From positions 1 through 26,851 of the IMG/VR virus record IMGVR_UViG_3300016476_000070: 26,851 nt of DNA, one strand, 5' to 3'. The notes beneath the pieces were generated by a model. That model did not search any database. It was not told where the DNA came from and saw only the letters and a list, made by a program, of their open reading frames with translations. Below are positions 1-8,256 of the stretch, in pieces. Positions within the stretch are counted from its first letter, which is position 1. The number at the start of each line of letters is the position of its first letter. This DNA is from a virus. Its lineage: Duplodnaviria > Caudoviricetes. The translations under genes and the position numbers were made by a program.

Positions 1-396
1 CTCTGGGATAGAGTTTTTGTTTCTGTTTTTATCTTTACCATCAAGGATAGCGATACTATCCATGACTGCATTGAACACAGCTCGCTCTTGACAGAATGAT
101 TCTGTAGTTTCAAGCAACCAATCCATCGTCACAGGTTCTGGTTCATTCAGTTGCTTGACCAGCTCCATAGACATTTTATGATCTTGTTCGTTTAGATTTG
201 TGCTAGACTCGATCTCAATACCAATCGCTTCGCGAGTCGGGCGAGCGTTGTACTTAGTCATGAACTCAGTGATTCGCTTGAACACAACACGTTCTGACGA
301 ATCACTGAAATATTCTTCTTTGAGAAATGGTAGAGTCTTGCGGGCGAAGTCTTCGTTATGAACTAGATTCTTTAGAATCGTCAGTTCGATCCTCAT
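1..396 (-). CDS. gp41: Replicative DNA helicase (T4 gp41-like), N-terminal part, truncated by window edge
   Basis: Not in ORF track. Manual translation from ATG at 396: MRIELTILKNLVHNEDFARKTLPFLKEEYF...FCQERAVFNAVMDSIAILDG, open to base 1. Typical gp41 N-terminus, in its usual position downstream of uvsX. Confidence 0.9.
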   Translation of the reverse strand, partial: MRIELTILKNLVHNEDFARKTLPFLKEEYFSDSSERVVFKRITEFMTKYNARPTREAIGIEIESSTNLNEQDHKMSMELVKQLNEPEPVTMDWLLETTESFCQERAVFNAVMDSIAILDGKDKNRNKNSIPE

Positions 397-670
397 TCCC
401 GATCCTTCCTACTTGTTTGAGCAAAATATCATAAAGAATACCAGCGACTATATCTTCGAATCGCTTCTTAACACCATCTGTCATCATTTCTTCAGCCATG
501 AATGATTCGACAATATGATAGTTGAAGTTTAACAGTGCGCCACCGTCTTCAAGTTCTTCACCGACCTTGACGTTTTCGTAGTGGTACACTATTCCTTCGA
601 ACTCACCTTCTTCGATTCGAATACAAACGAACTCAGGTACATCTTCGCGAGTAATATGATTATACTTCAT
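356..670 (-). CDS. Conserved T4-like phage hypothetical protein (positional analog of gene 40)
   Basis: ORF track 356..700; start more likely ATG 670 (MKYNHIT...) just after the upstream stop at 684. Overlaps the gp41 start; lies between uvsX and gp41. Confidence 0.7.
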   Translation of the reverse strand: MKYNHITREDVPEFVCIRIEEGEFEGIVYHYENVKVGEELEDGGALLNFNYHIVESFMAEEMMTDGVKKRFEDIVAGILYDILLKQVGRIGNEDRTDDSKESSS

Positions 671-687
671 TCCGACTGGATTGTCAA
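659..687 (-). promoter_or_regulatory. Sigma70-type promoter TTGACA-N17-TATAAT, probably driving gp41
   Basis: Perfect consensus: -35 at 687..682, -10 at 664..659. The -35 contains the TGA stop of ORF 684..890. Confidence 0.8.
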
Positions 688-890
688 CGACGCTTACCAT
701 TTTGGATCACCTTAATTCCCATGGTATAGTTTTCGGCAGCAGCTTCTGCCCAGCTTTGGCTTTTGCCAGGATATCCTTCGGTCATGATGAACTTTTCATC
801 TTCGAAATAGTCAACATGATACTCGCCTTCAATCTTATGAACCTGAGCTTTCTTGGTTCTATCTTCGCTCCAATATTCACTGATCAGCAT
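684..890 (-). CDS. Small hypothetical phage protein (68 aa)
   Basis: ORF tightly packed between uvsX and the next gene; overlaps the uvsX stop. Confidence 0.7.
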   Translation of the reverse strand: MLISEYWSEDRTKKAQVHKIEGEYHVDYFEDEKFIMTEGYPGKSQSWAEAAAENYTMGIKVIQNGKRR

Positions 891-1932
891 CTTCCTCGTC
901 CTCCGACAGAATTGCGCCGTGCGCGATTGAATACTTCTCCTTGATATACTTAGCGAAGTCAGTTTCCTTGAACACAGTCTTCCAGAAGTCTGCGTTATCT
1001 ACGATATCACCTGCTCTCATGTTAGGAGCAAGGACTTCTCCTGTTTCTTTATCTACCCGAGCGTACCAGCCAACTTTAGGCTTAGCAATATAGCCGCCAT
1101 CAATAGCCACGTCCAGTAGACCGCTCCACCGATTAATACCTCCTTCATAGTTAATCGTAATAGGGATCTTAGACTTTTCTTTGACATAGCGTGACTTCTC
1201 CACGTTAATCACAAAGTGATAGCCCTGAATACCATCAGAGTCCTTATCTTGCTGACGACCCAGAATCCAGATGTTGTCGGAGCCGTAATAAGAACCAGTT
1301 CCACCACCGACGATATCTTTCGGATATAGACCAATCTCTTTATATGTATGATTGACCACAACCATAGGAATATCCTTCATGGTCAGATAAGGCGTGATCA
1401 TACGGAACAGCGACTTGAGCTGCTTCGCACGAGACATATCCGCAACAGACTTTTCATTTAGTGCGTCTTCGACTTCTTTCTTTGAAGCAAGATTACCAAT
1501 AGAGTCGATAACAATCATGACACGATCGCCGCGCTCGAGACCAGTCAGCTGCTTCATAATGTCAAACTTCAGCTGCTCCACATCCATCACTGGAGTATGA
1601 ACAACAGCATCGAAAGGAATACCGAAAGTGTTGAAATACGACTGCGGCGTACCGAACTCTGAGTCGTAGAAAAGAACTACGCCATCGGAATACTTCTTGA
1701 GGAACGCAGATGCCATAAGCAATGCGAAACCAGTCTTGAAGTGCTTGGATGGACCAGCCAGCATAGTGATGCCAGGAACAAGACCACCATCTACTGAGCC
1801 AGACAACGCAACGTTGATCATTGGCACAGTTGTGGGGATAGTATCTTTCTTTGTGAAGATCTTAGAATCTTCGAGCGTGGCTGTAAATTCGATTGTGCTG
1901 TTCTTGATAAGTTTGGATTTCAAGTCACTCAT
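877..1932 (-). CDS. uvsX: RecA-like recombinase UvsX
   Basis: Walker A AGPSKHFKT, FYDSEFG, IDSIGNLASKKE, VVNHTY, GGGTG, KSRYVKEK. Start revised to ATG 1932 (MSDLKSKL), which follows SD AGAGGAG. Confidence 0.96.
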   Translation of the reverse strand: MSDLKSKLIKNSTIEFTATLEDSKIFTKKDTIPTTVPMINVALSGSVDGGLVPGITMLAGPSKHFKTGFALLMASAFLKKYSDGVVLFYDSEFGTPQSYFNTFGIPFDAVVHTPVMDVEQLKFDIMKQLTGLERGDRVMIVIDSIGNLASKKEVEDALNEKSVADMSRAKQLKSLFRMITPYLTMKDIPMVVVNHTYKEIGLYPKDIVGGGTGSYYGSDNIWILGRQQDKDSDGIQGYHFVINVEKSRYVKEKSKIPITINYEGGINRWSGLLDVAIDGGYIAKPKVGWYARVDKETGEVLAPNMRAGDIVDNADFWKTVFKETDFAKYIKEKYSIAHGAILSEDEEDADQ

Positions 1933-1946
1933 AATATCTCCTCTTT

Positions 1947-1954
1947 TATAAATA
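1947..1954 (+). promoter_or_regulatory. T4-type late (gp55) promoter TATAAATA driving the antisense NUMOD3 gene
   Basis: Exact TATAAATA about 65 nt upstream of ATG 2019, on the same strand; gp55 is encoded in this window. Confidence 0.75.
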
Positions 1955-2013
1955 GGTGTGAGTCGCGAGGCGGCAACCTCCACTCACTCTATGTCTAGTA
2001 TAAACGGGAGACA
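1952..2013 (+). promoter_or_regulatory. Two-hairpin structured leader of the NUMOD3 gene
   Basis: GTGAGT(1958-63)/ACTCAC(1982-87) with inner GAGG-CGGCAA-CCTC, extendable to ATAGG/TCTAT. Second stem TGTCT(1992-96)/AGACA(2009-13) overlaps SD GGGAG. Confidence 0.55.
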
Positions 2014-2025
2014 CAGCAATGTCAA
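1997..2025 (-). promoter_or_regulatory. Sigma70-type promoter TTGACA-N17-TATACT driving uvsX
   Basis: -35 at 2025..2020 overlaps the NUMOD3 start codon; -10 at 2002..1997. Confidence 0.75.
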
Positions 2026-2489
2026 GAACTAAATCTATATATGACTCAATTTCTAATGCGTTGAATCTTCCGCCTATAGAATTTGAAATCGATGAATCCG
2101 ACACAAACATCATACCCTTCGAACGAGAACCTCTTCCCGCCTGGAATAAAGGATTGCCCCACATGCAGGGAGAAAACCATCCTTTATACGGAAAAACACA
2201 TTCCGAAGAAACAAAAGCCAAAATGCGAGAAGCAGCCATGGGTCGTAAGATTTCCAAAGAAACACGATCTAAAATGAGCGCAGCTCATATGGGTAGACCA
2301 TCAGCTAAAGGTATGCTCGGTAAATCACATTCAGCAGAAACTAAGGCTAAGATGAGTAAAAACGCACGTGGATTTTCTGATGAAGCTCGTCGCAAACAAA
2401 GAGAGCATATGATAGGTAAAAAGATGTCAGATGAAACTCGTGCAAAAATGCGTGAAGCTGCTCTTAGACGAAATGGAAAGATAACCTAA
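2019..2489 (+). CDS. NUMOD3-repeat DNA-binding protein (homing-endonuclease-derived, no evident nuclease domain)
   Basis: Repeats GKTHSEETKAKM, GRKISKETRSKM, GKSHSAETKAKM, GKKMSDETRAKM, plus PAWNKG and GENHPLYG. SD GGGAG. The only convincing plus-strand gene. Confidence 0.85.
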   Translation: MSRTKSIYDSISNALNLPPIEFEIDESDTNIIPFEREPLPAWNKGLPHMQGENHPLYGKTHSEETKAKMREAAMGRKISKETRSKMSAAHMGRPSAKGMLGKSHSAETKAKMSKNARGFSDEARRKQREHMIGKKMSDETRAKMREAALRRNGKIT

Positions 2490-3304
2490 GACTTCTTTTC
2501 AATTGTTATCGGTTCCCACATATCTCCGTCTGTTGTAACCGCTTCTAATCTGTCAACTTCTCTTCGCAGATCTTTGCTGGCTGCGATGATCAGTAGAACT
2601 GCTAGTGGATCAATGACGAGAACGAGCAGCAGTATCATGATACGGATAGCTGCTTCTAGATCTCGTTCATTTCCTTCACCATAGATAAGCTCAGCAACGT
2701 AACGAATAGGTCCGACTTCTAGTTTGATTGCTCGTGTAGCCTTCAGGAGTGGCGCTTTCTGATCTAGCAGAGCGTCGATACTTTTCTGGGCGTCTTTCAT
2801 TTCAGCAGCTAGAGTTTCTCGTTCTTTACGCTGCTGCTGACGTAACTGTAGCGCAGTTTGTGCGCGATTGTTTCTGTCGATGATGGCGTCGATAGCTTTA
2901 TCGAGCTGACCAAGCTGCTGTTCTGCTCGCGTGATGCGCACGCGCTCGCGCGCGATGTTTTCGTCGATACGTTCTATCTTAGCTGCTACATCACCACTCG
3001 GTGCGACTTGATCCAGATGAGCTTTGGATAGGAAGCCAAAAATACCCATACTAGTGATGAGCATGAGAATGAGCAAAGCAGAAGTGAAATATGTCTTGAG
3101 TAGAAATGGAATGTACTTCCAGTTTCTATAGAGCCATGAAGCAAGAATGATCTTACCGAACTCTAACGTGCCGCCAAGAATGATAATCGCAAGCGCAGCG
3201 CCTGAGAAGATGGCGACGAGACCTGTAACTGAATACCAAGCAGCGACGACGGAGAGTGCTATCCCCGTCGCCATAATCATCCAGCGATCTAGATTAATTG
3301 CCAT
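2486..3304 (-). CDS. Membrane protein with N-terminal TM helices, coiled coil and C-terminal TM
   Basis: About three hydrophobic segments, a long heptad-rich region and C-terminal IMILLLVLVIDPLAVLLIIAA; resembles conserved T4-like phage hypotheticals. Confidence 0.8.
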   Translation of the reverse strand: MAINLDRWMIMATGIALSVVAAWYSVTGLVAIFSGAALAIIILGGTLEFGKIILASWLYRNWKYIPFLLKTYFTSALLILMLITSMGIFGFLSKAHLDQVAPSGDVAAKIERIDENIARERVRITRAEQQLGQLDKAIDAIIDRNNRAQTALQLRQQQRKERETLAAEMKDAQKSIDALLDQKAPLLKATRAIKLEVGPIRYVAELIYGEGNERDLEAAIRIMILLLVLVIDPLAVLLIIAASKDLRREVDRLEAVTTDGDMWEPITIEKKS

Positions 3305-3473
3305 ACAGTTCCTTGAGTAACATCTTTGATGCGTCTACCCAAAGTCGCACAGAACCGATCTTATGATATCCTTCTGTGTTATCATGCTGATCGATGACCC
3401 ACTGAGCAACCTCTGGATCTTGACCATGCCACGTTAGGAAATCACGATAGTTGTCTTTGGTGACTTCAAACAT
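3294..3473 (-). CDS. Small hypothetical protein (59 aa), not in ORF track
   Basis: MFEVTKDNYRDFLTWHGQDPEVAQWVIDQHDNTEGYHKIGSVRLWVDASKMLLKELYGN; fills the gap and overlaps both neighbours. Confidence 0.65.
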   Translation of the reverse strand: MFEVTKDNYRDFLTWHGQDPEVAQWVIDQHDNTEGYHKIGSVRLWVDASKMLLKELYGN

Positions 3474-3687
3474 CGATCTTACTCATCTTTCTACGTCCGA
3501 TGGTTTGATTCATGCGAGCGCGGATGTAGGCGTTTTCCCAAGTCCAGCACTCACCCGTGTCATCCTGAAAGCAAACCCACATCAAGTCATTTTCCATTCC
3601 GTAGTCAATAATGAAATGAGCCATTCCCTTTCCCTTTGGAGTCATGATCGGGATAGGGGGATTCAGCTGAATCATATTGTTCATCAC
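3466..3687 (-). CDS. Small conserved phage hypothetical protein (73 aa)
   Basis: QLNPPIP..TPKGKG.A...IDYG.E.DL.WVCF...GECWTW pattern; ATGA overlap with the upstream gene. Confidence 0.75.
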   Translation of the reverse strand: MMNNMIQLNPPIPIMTPKGKGMAHFIIDYGMENDLMWVCFQDDTGECWTWENAYIRARMNQTIGRRKMSKIDV

Positions 3688-3974
3688 AAACCTCTAGTTG
3701 TCTTCAACACCTTTTCTAACATCTCCTGACACTTCTCTTTACGATTAGGCCAGTGAATGTATGCTTTGTCTGCCGTTTTGATTAGATTGTTCAGCAGCGG
3801 AACAATGATACCCTCGAGCACCTTAATCTTGTGTTGTAGCTCCTGTTCTTTTTCAGTAAGAGCTTGATCTTTCTGACTAAGCTCGTCTAGAACGTCTTGC
3901 TTGATCTCAGATTCATCAACTCCAGTGAAACCAAAGTCAAAGTCTGCATATTCTTGCGGAATCTTAATTGTCAT
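3684..3974 (-). CDS. Hypothetical coiled-coil protein (96 aa)
   Basis: DFDFGFTGVDE...PLLNNL...YIHWPNR pattern seen in T4-like phages; ATGA-coupled to gp43. Confidence 0.75.
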   Translation of the reverse strand: MTIKIPQEYADFDFGFTGVDESEIKQDVLDELSQKDQALTEKEQELQHKIKVLEGIIVPLLNNLIKTADKAYIHWPNRKEKCQEMLEKVLKTTRGL

Positions 3975-6484
3975 GAAAAGAAACCCTCTAGTGTGCTTTG
4001 CTTCTCTGAGTGCCAGTCGATGACTTCAAGGATAGCATTGAGTGGAGCCATGAACGTTTTATCGAACTGAGATTGATGGTCAATATAATCGTCAAGGCCA
4101 AACTCTGTCGGTAACGATGAGAACGAAGAAATCACGTTTGTTCTAAGCGGATTAGGCATCTTCAGATACGAGAAGCGGATCTTCTCACCGTCCTTGATAA
4201 GCTCGTACTTCTTCTGGAGCTTCATCGACTTGATGAGTCCGTTGTACAGTAACGCACCACGAACATGGATCGGGACGCTCTTTGTTTCGCGTTCATATTT
4301 AGCTAGATCCTGAACAGATCGTGGGAACGCGACGTCTTCGAATTTGAGTTGGAAGAACTTAGTCTTGAACTCAGCAATGAACTTATGCAGTTCCTCTTCT
4401 GGCTGAGTCATGATGATGTTGAGCGCGTCTTTGATAGCCTCGCGACAAACAGCAGGAGTCGATGACTTGACTGCTTCGATACCCATCATCTTCAGCTTCG
4501 GCTTCGCATAGCGAACGCCTTCAGAGTCATGAACATTGAGGATATATCGCTTCTTCGCAGTCCAGATACCACGATCAGCGATAACCTCACGCTTCATGTT
4601 CATTTTTTGTTGGAACGCTTCCATCCTAGAAGCAAGATCCTGATAGATGCGATCAATAACAGGTTCAATTTTCTCGCTAGCCACCTTATCCAGAAAGTCA
4701 ACGACCATCTGCTTCGAATCTTCAGAAGAATCAAGTTTCTTTCCTCGTTCTTCAAAGACCATTTGTACAAGTCTATCAAAGCAGATGTATAGCGAATCCG
4801 TATCTGCAGCAATGACATAGTCGGCATCCTTAGTCTTGAGTAGCTTATTCAAATACTTATTCATCTCGTTCTCAGCCCAGCGAATAGAAAGCTGACCGCC
4901 GAGCGTGATAGCTGTAGCTTGATTGATATCAAAGAAGCGGAAGTATGGATTACCAATCGCGCCGTAAGCTGAGTTCAGCTGAACCTTCTTAGCAAGCTGC
5001 ATATTCTTGTATCGCGAGATATCCTTAGACGCTTGCTTAGACTTAGTCGCTTCGTATTCCTTCTGCGCAGCAATCATCTTTTCTTTATAGACGACACGAT
5101 CGTTGTACATACGTTCCATGATCTCAGGCAAAAATCCTTGACGATCTTTACTGAAGAAGCATCCGTTAGCGGCTAGACCATATCCTTCAGGAACTTCGGG
5201 GAAGATACCTTCAAGCAACTCATCGACGCTCGTTTCAACTTTCATCGCATTACCGCGACCGTCACGCAGCAGAGTTTCAGGTGAGATGTTATATTGCATG
5301 ATGAGATGCGGATACAGAGAGTTCAAGTCAAACGACATGACCCAGTCATACGCTCCAGGCTTCGGTTCCTTGACGTGAGCGCCAACATACGCTTCGTCTT
5401 TAGCGCCACCGCCTTCAACAGGAACTGCGATCTTCTGCTTATAAAGATGGTTGTGAATGATGACGTCCCACATTCGCACCTGAGTGAATACATCCATCAA
5501 TGTAACCTTCGCGTCGTATGCGAGCGCGAGAGCCATATCAATGAACTTCATCTTATCATCGATCTTCTCAACGAGTTCAGTATCTCGAATGTTATACTCG
5601 ATGAACTTCTGGAAGTCGTTCATGTAGAACTCATGCAGCGTTTCGTATTCGTCATACGATAGCTTGCGCTCACCGAGCTCAACGAACGCGATATGATCCA
5701 GCTTGTAGCTTTCCTGCTGAGAGTATGTGAACTTCATATACATCTCAAGATAGTCAAGAGTCGCAACGCCGCAGATGGTATAGGCAAGCTCGTCTTTGAA
5801 CTTCGTGCGAACCTGACGCTCTTTGAACATACGCCAAGGAGAGAAACGCTTTGCTTCGCTCTCACCAAGCACAGTGTTCATGCGACGAACAAGATACGGG
5901 ATATCGAAGAACGTCACGTTCCAACCAGTGACAATGTCAGGATACTCGTTACTCCACTCACTCAGGAACTTGATAAGCAGTTCCTTCTCGTTGTTGCACT
6001 GATAGTAGCGAACGTCATCGCGCTTCACTTCAAACTCACCGTATCCCCACACATGGAAGATACCGTCTTTCTTGAGAGTGATAGCAGTGATTGTATCAGA
6101 TGCGCGTTCGACTGTGGGGAAACCAAACTCTGAGCTGACCTCGATATCAATGTATGCGACTTTGATAAGATCGCGGTCATACACGATTTCATCTGGATAC
6201 TCATCGTTGAGATAAGCATACATGAATCGTGGCATACCATACAGATTGAAGTTGCTCACATCATCATAACGAGCAATGAACTCCTTCGCGTCACGCATGG
6301 AGTCAAATGGCATGGGGTCAAGCGGTAAGCCACGAATGTCCTTCCATACAGCACCTTCGCGCTTGGATGGTAGGAACAGAGTTGGCTTGTAGGGAATCTT
6401 TTCGTTGAAAGGTCGTCCGCGATCATAGCCGCGGACGAGGATGTTGTTACCGTATTCAATCGCGTTGGTGTAGAACTTTGTCAT
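3971..6484 (-). CDS. gp43: Family B DNA polymerase (T4 gp43-like)
   Basis: Exo motifs DIEV, GWNVTFFDIPY, YNIRD; pol motifs SFDLNSLYP, KVQLNSAYG, DTDS, KKRY; C-terminal clamp-binding TLEGFF. No intein or intron apparent. Confidence 0.98.
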   Translation of the reverse strand: MTKFYTNAIEYGNNILVRGYDRGRPFNEKIPYKPTLFLPSKREGAVWKDIRGLPLDPMPFDSMRDAKEFIARYDDVSNFNLYGMPRFMYAYLNDEYPDEIVYDRDLIKVAYIDIEVSSEFGFPTVERASDTITAITLKKDGIFHVWGYGEFEVKRDDVRYYQCNNEKELLIKFLSEWSNEYPDIVTGWNVTFFDIPYLVRRMNTVLGESEAKRFSPWRMFKERQVRTKFKDELAYTICGVATLDYLEMYMKFTYSQQESYKLDHIAFVELGERKLSYDEYETLHEFYMNDFQKFIEYNIRDTELVEKIDDKMKFIDMALALAYDAKVTLMDVFTQVRMWDVIIHNHLYKQKIAVPVEGGGAKDEAYVGAHVKEPKPGAYDWVMSFDLNSLYPHLIMQYNISPETLLRDGRGNAMKVETSVDELLEGIFPEVPEGYGLAANGCFFSKDRQGFLPEIMERMYNDRVVYKEKMIAAQKEYEATKSKQASKDISRYKNMQLAKKVQLNSAYGAIGNPYFRFFDINQATAITLGGQLSIRWAENEMNKYLNKLLKTKDADYVIAADTDSLYICFDRLVQMVFEERGKKLDSSEDSKQMVVDFLDKVASEKIEPVIDRIYQDLASRMEAFQQKMNMKREVIADRGIWTAKKRYILNVHDSEGVRYAKPKLKMMGIEAVKSSTPAVCREAIKDALNIIMTQPEEELHKFIAEFKTKFFQLKFEDVAFPRSVQDLAKYERETKSVPIHVRGALLYNGLIKSMKLQKKYELIKDGEKIRFSYLKMPNPLRTNVISSFSSLPTEFGLDDYIDHQSQFDKTFMAPLNAILEVIDWHSEKQSTLEGFFS

Positions 6485-6490
6485 AGTGAT

Positions 6491-6519
6491 ATATTACCAC
6501 ATCACGACGCAGTTGTCAA
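6491..6519 (-). promoter_or_regulatory. Sigma70-type promoter TTGACA-N17-TAATAT giving a predicted leaderless gp43 mRNA
   Basis: -35 at 6519..6514 lies inside the 3' end of the upstream ORF; -10 at 6496..6491; 6 nt then ATG 6484; no SD. Confidence 0.7.
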
Positions 6520-6849
6520 GATCCCTTTCTTAGGAAGCACTAATCCAGAACCGAAATTCTGATTGTAGGCTGCTTCAATCTGGTCATCTGGCTCGTAAGT
6601 GAACATAACATTACGCGGATCAAGAATGATCTCTTTGTTTTTAGCCATAGGAATGAAATCGACTAGAGCCATGTTAGCTTTACCTGATGCGCCAGGATGA
6701 AGCATAACAGCGGCGGGTTTCACGACCTTGATCATGTTACCCACCACTCCAACCTTTCCTACAATCTCATCGCCATTCAATAGACGAAGCATCATAACTG
6801 CCAGTTGCGCATTCTGAACTTCATTTACATTCACAGGATTCACATTCAT
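6502..6849 (-). CDS. Sm-like fold hypothetical protein
   Basis: MLRLLNGDEIVGKV...YNQNFGSGLVLP; conserved T4-like gene usually upstream of gp43. Confidence 0.75.
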   Translation of the reverse strand: MNVNPVNVNEVQNAQLAVMMLRLLNGDEIVGKVGVVGNMIKVVKPAAVMLHPGASGKANMALVDFIPMAKNKEIILDPRNVMFTYEPDDQIEAAYNQNFGSGLVLPKKGILTTAS

Positions 6850-6858
6850 GTTGTTTCC

Positions 6859-7326
6859 TTACTTTGTTACGCCTTGGATCTTTTCTTGACCACGGGACCA
6901 TGCGGCGATACCAAGGACGGCACCCATTGCGAGATGAAATAGACCAGCGCCTTGTAGCGTGAGTGGATTCCATTGTGTGAGTGGCATCTTGACCATAACC
7001 TGTGCGATTGACCACAGGACAGGGAAGATTGCCATATCAAGAACACAGATAACCATATAGCACCAACCCATTGCAGGTCGCCACTTCTTGACCATCCAGT
7101 CTTCATTCTGCTTTGCGTTTTCTGCTTCCCACTGCTTCTTCTCAAGTTCAATCTTAGCGAGCTGCGCTGCTTCTGATAATTGAGGAGCAGCTGGCGCGGC
7201 ATAACGTGGGCTTGTATCAACATAGTTTGTTGGAATAGAAGCCGCTGCACCTTTCGTAGCAGGTGGAAGCATATCCATTGCTGGTTTTGGTGTTGGTTCG
7301 TCAGTTTCTAAAGTAAAACGTGGCAT
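6859..7326 (-). CDS. Putative holin (GTA-holin 3TM-like)
   Basis: WRPAMGW, TM segments and GAVLGIAAWSRGQEK; directly downstream of the endolysin. Confidence 0.7.
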   Translation of the reverse strand: MPRFTLETDEPTPKPAMDMLPPATKGAAASIPTNYVDTSPRYAAPAAPQLSEAAQLAKIELEKKQWEAENAKQNEDWMVKKWRPAMGWCYMVICVLDMAIFPVLWSIAQVMVKMPLTQWNPLTLQGAGLFHLAMGAVLGIAAWSRGQEKIQGVTK

Positions 7327-7328
7327 TA

Positions 7329-7949
7329 TTAACCTCCAAAGATTTCTAAGGCTGCTTCATAATGCTCTTCACGATCTTTCAATCCAATAGTTCCACCGTT
7401 GATCTTCTTTGTGACTGTAAGGATATCGCCCTTATCAGCCCACTGATTGAGTTCGCGGGAATCCCAGAACCAACCAGCTGACCAAGCTGCACCTTCTTCT
7501 GTTTCCAACCATTCAGTCGCTTCAGCTAGATCCATGTTCATATCTGTAGCGAATGCTTGATAGTTGCTCTTACCCGTCAGCTGGATAAGACCGCGACCGC
7601 AGTAGCGATAGCCATCACCAGACTCAGGAGGACCGTTACCCATTCTACTTGCATAGACGAGATTCGCGATCTTCTCTGGATTCTTAGCATACTCGTTTGG
7701 ATTCTTTCCACGGAAATACTTAGGGAATACCTTCAACAGAGTTTCGGCTCTGTAGTTTAGATTTTCTTTTCTAGCTCTTAATCCACCTGATTCATGACCA
7801 ACCTGAGCGAGAAACATAGAAATACGTTGCGGCGTATTAATCTCGTAGAACTCCATCACTTCATTCAGGGGTTCCACAAACGGTTCAATGATCTTTTCGT
7901 TTGTGTCTTCAAAGAACTCGTTCAATTGCTCAAATGTTACTAATGCCAT
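7329..7949 (-). CDS. Glycoside hydrolase family 19 endolysin
   Basis: FLAQVGHESGG, ENLNY, YCGRGLIQLTG..NY, SAGWFW, TKKINGG.IGL.DR. Confidence 0.92.
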   Translation of the reverse strand: MALVTFEQLNEFFEDTNEKIIEPFVEPLNEVMEFYEINTPQRISMFLAQVGHESGGLRARKENLNYRAETLLKVFPKYFRGKNPNEYAKNPEKIANLVYASRMGNGPPESGDGYRYCGRGLIQLTGKSNYQAFATDMNMDLAEATEWLETEEGAAWSAGWFWDSRELNQWADKGDILTVTKKINGGTIGLKDREEHYEAALEIFGG

Positions 7950-7953
7950 GAGC

Positions 7954-7977
7954 GCCTCCTTTCGGAAGCTATTTAGC
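7954..7977 (-). promoter_or_regulatory. Late promoter variant GCTAAATA followed by SD-sequestering hairpin GCUUCC-GAAA-GGAGGC
   Basis: Promoter at 7977..7970; GNRA-capped stem 7969..7954 contains the endolysin SD GGAGG. Confidence 0.75.
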
Positions 7978-8033
7978 CGTACGGACGATTTCCCATCATC
8001 GTTTTAAGTAATCTTTTGAATTCTAGGAATAGA

Positions 8034-8183
8034 TTAAGCATTTTGCACCAGATGTGTTTTATAGGCTACGAAAACGATTTCTTCTCTTGACAGACCCAAA
8101 TCGTTAAGTTCTTCGTCTGAAAGCTTCATAAGCTCGATGATTGTGTGATAGTATCGGTATGTTCGTGTTACCCAGTCGATCAT
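8034..8183 (-). CDS. DUF1127 (YjiS-like) small protein, 49 aa
   Basis: ELMKLSDEELNDLGLSREEI matches the DUF1127 core L..LsD..L.DiGl.R..i. Start revised to ATG 8183 with SD AAGGAG. Confidence 0.75.
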   Translation of the reverse strand: MIDWVTRTYRYYHTIIELMKLSDEELNDLGLSREEIVFVAYKTHLVQNA

Positions 8184-8200
8184 GTGTGTCTCCTTAAATG

Positions 8201-8230
8201 AAAATAGCTGGGCGACCGAAGCCGCCCAGC
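8201..8230 (-). terminator. Rho-independent terminator after hsp20 with C(UUCG)G loop
   Basis: GCUGGGCGGC-UUCG-GUCGCCCAGC followed by UAUUUU. Confidence 0.8.
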
Positions 8231-8256
8231 GCATAGCAAACAAATCAATATGGTGA

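Noticed and set aside
1933-1983. N-terminal extension of UvsX in the ORF track
   Set aside because: GTG start lies inside the hairpin; the strong SD supports ATG 1932.
2035-2043. CATATATA elements (also near 13491) as late promoters
   Set aside because: Two mismatches from consensus in AT-rich DNA; unsupported.
3971-6484. Intron or intein in gp43, and AADTDS instead of YGDTDS
   Set aside because: Continuous ORF of normal length; such variants of this motif are common in non-coliphage T4-like polymerases.
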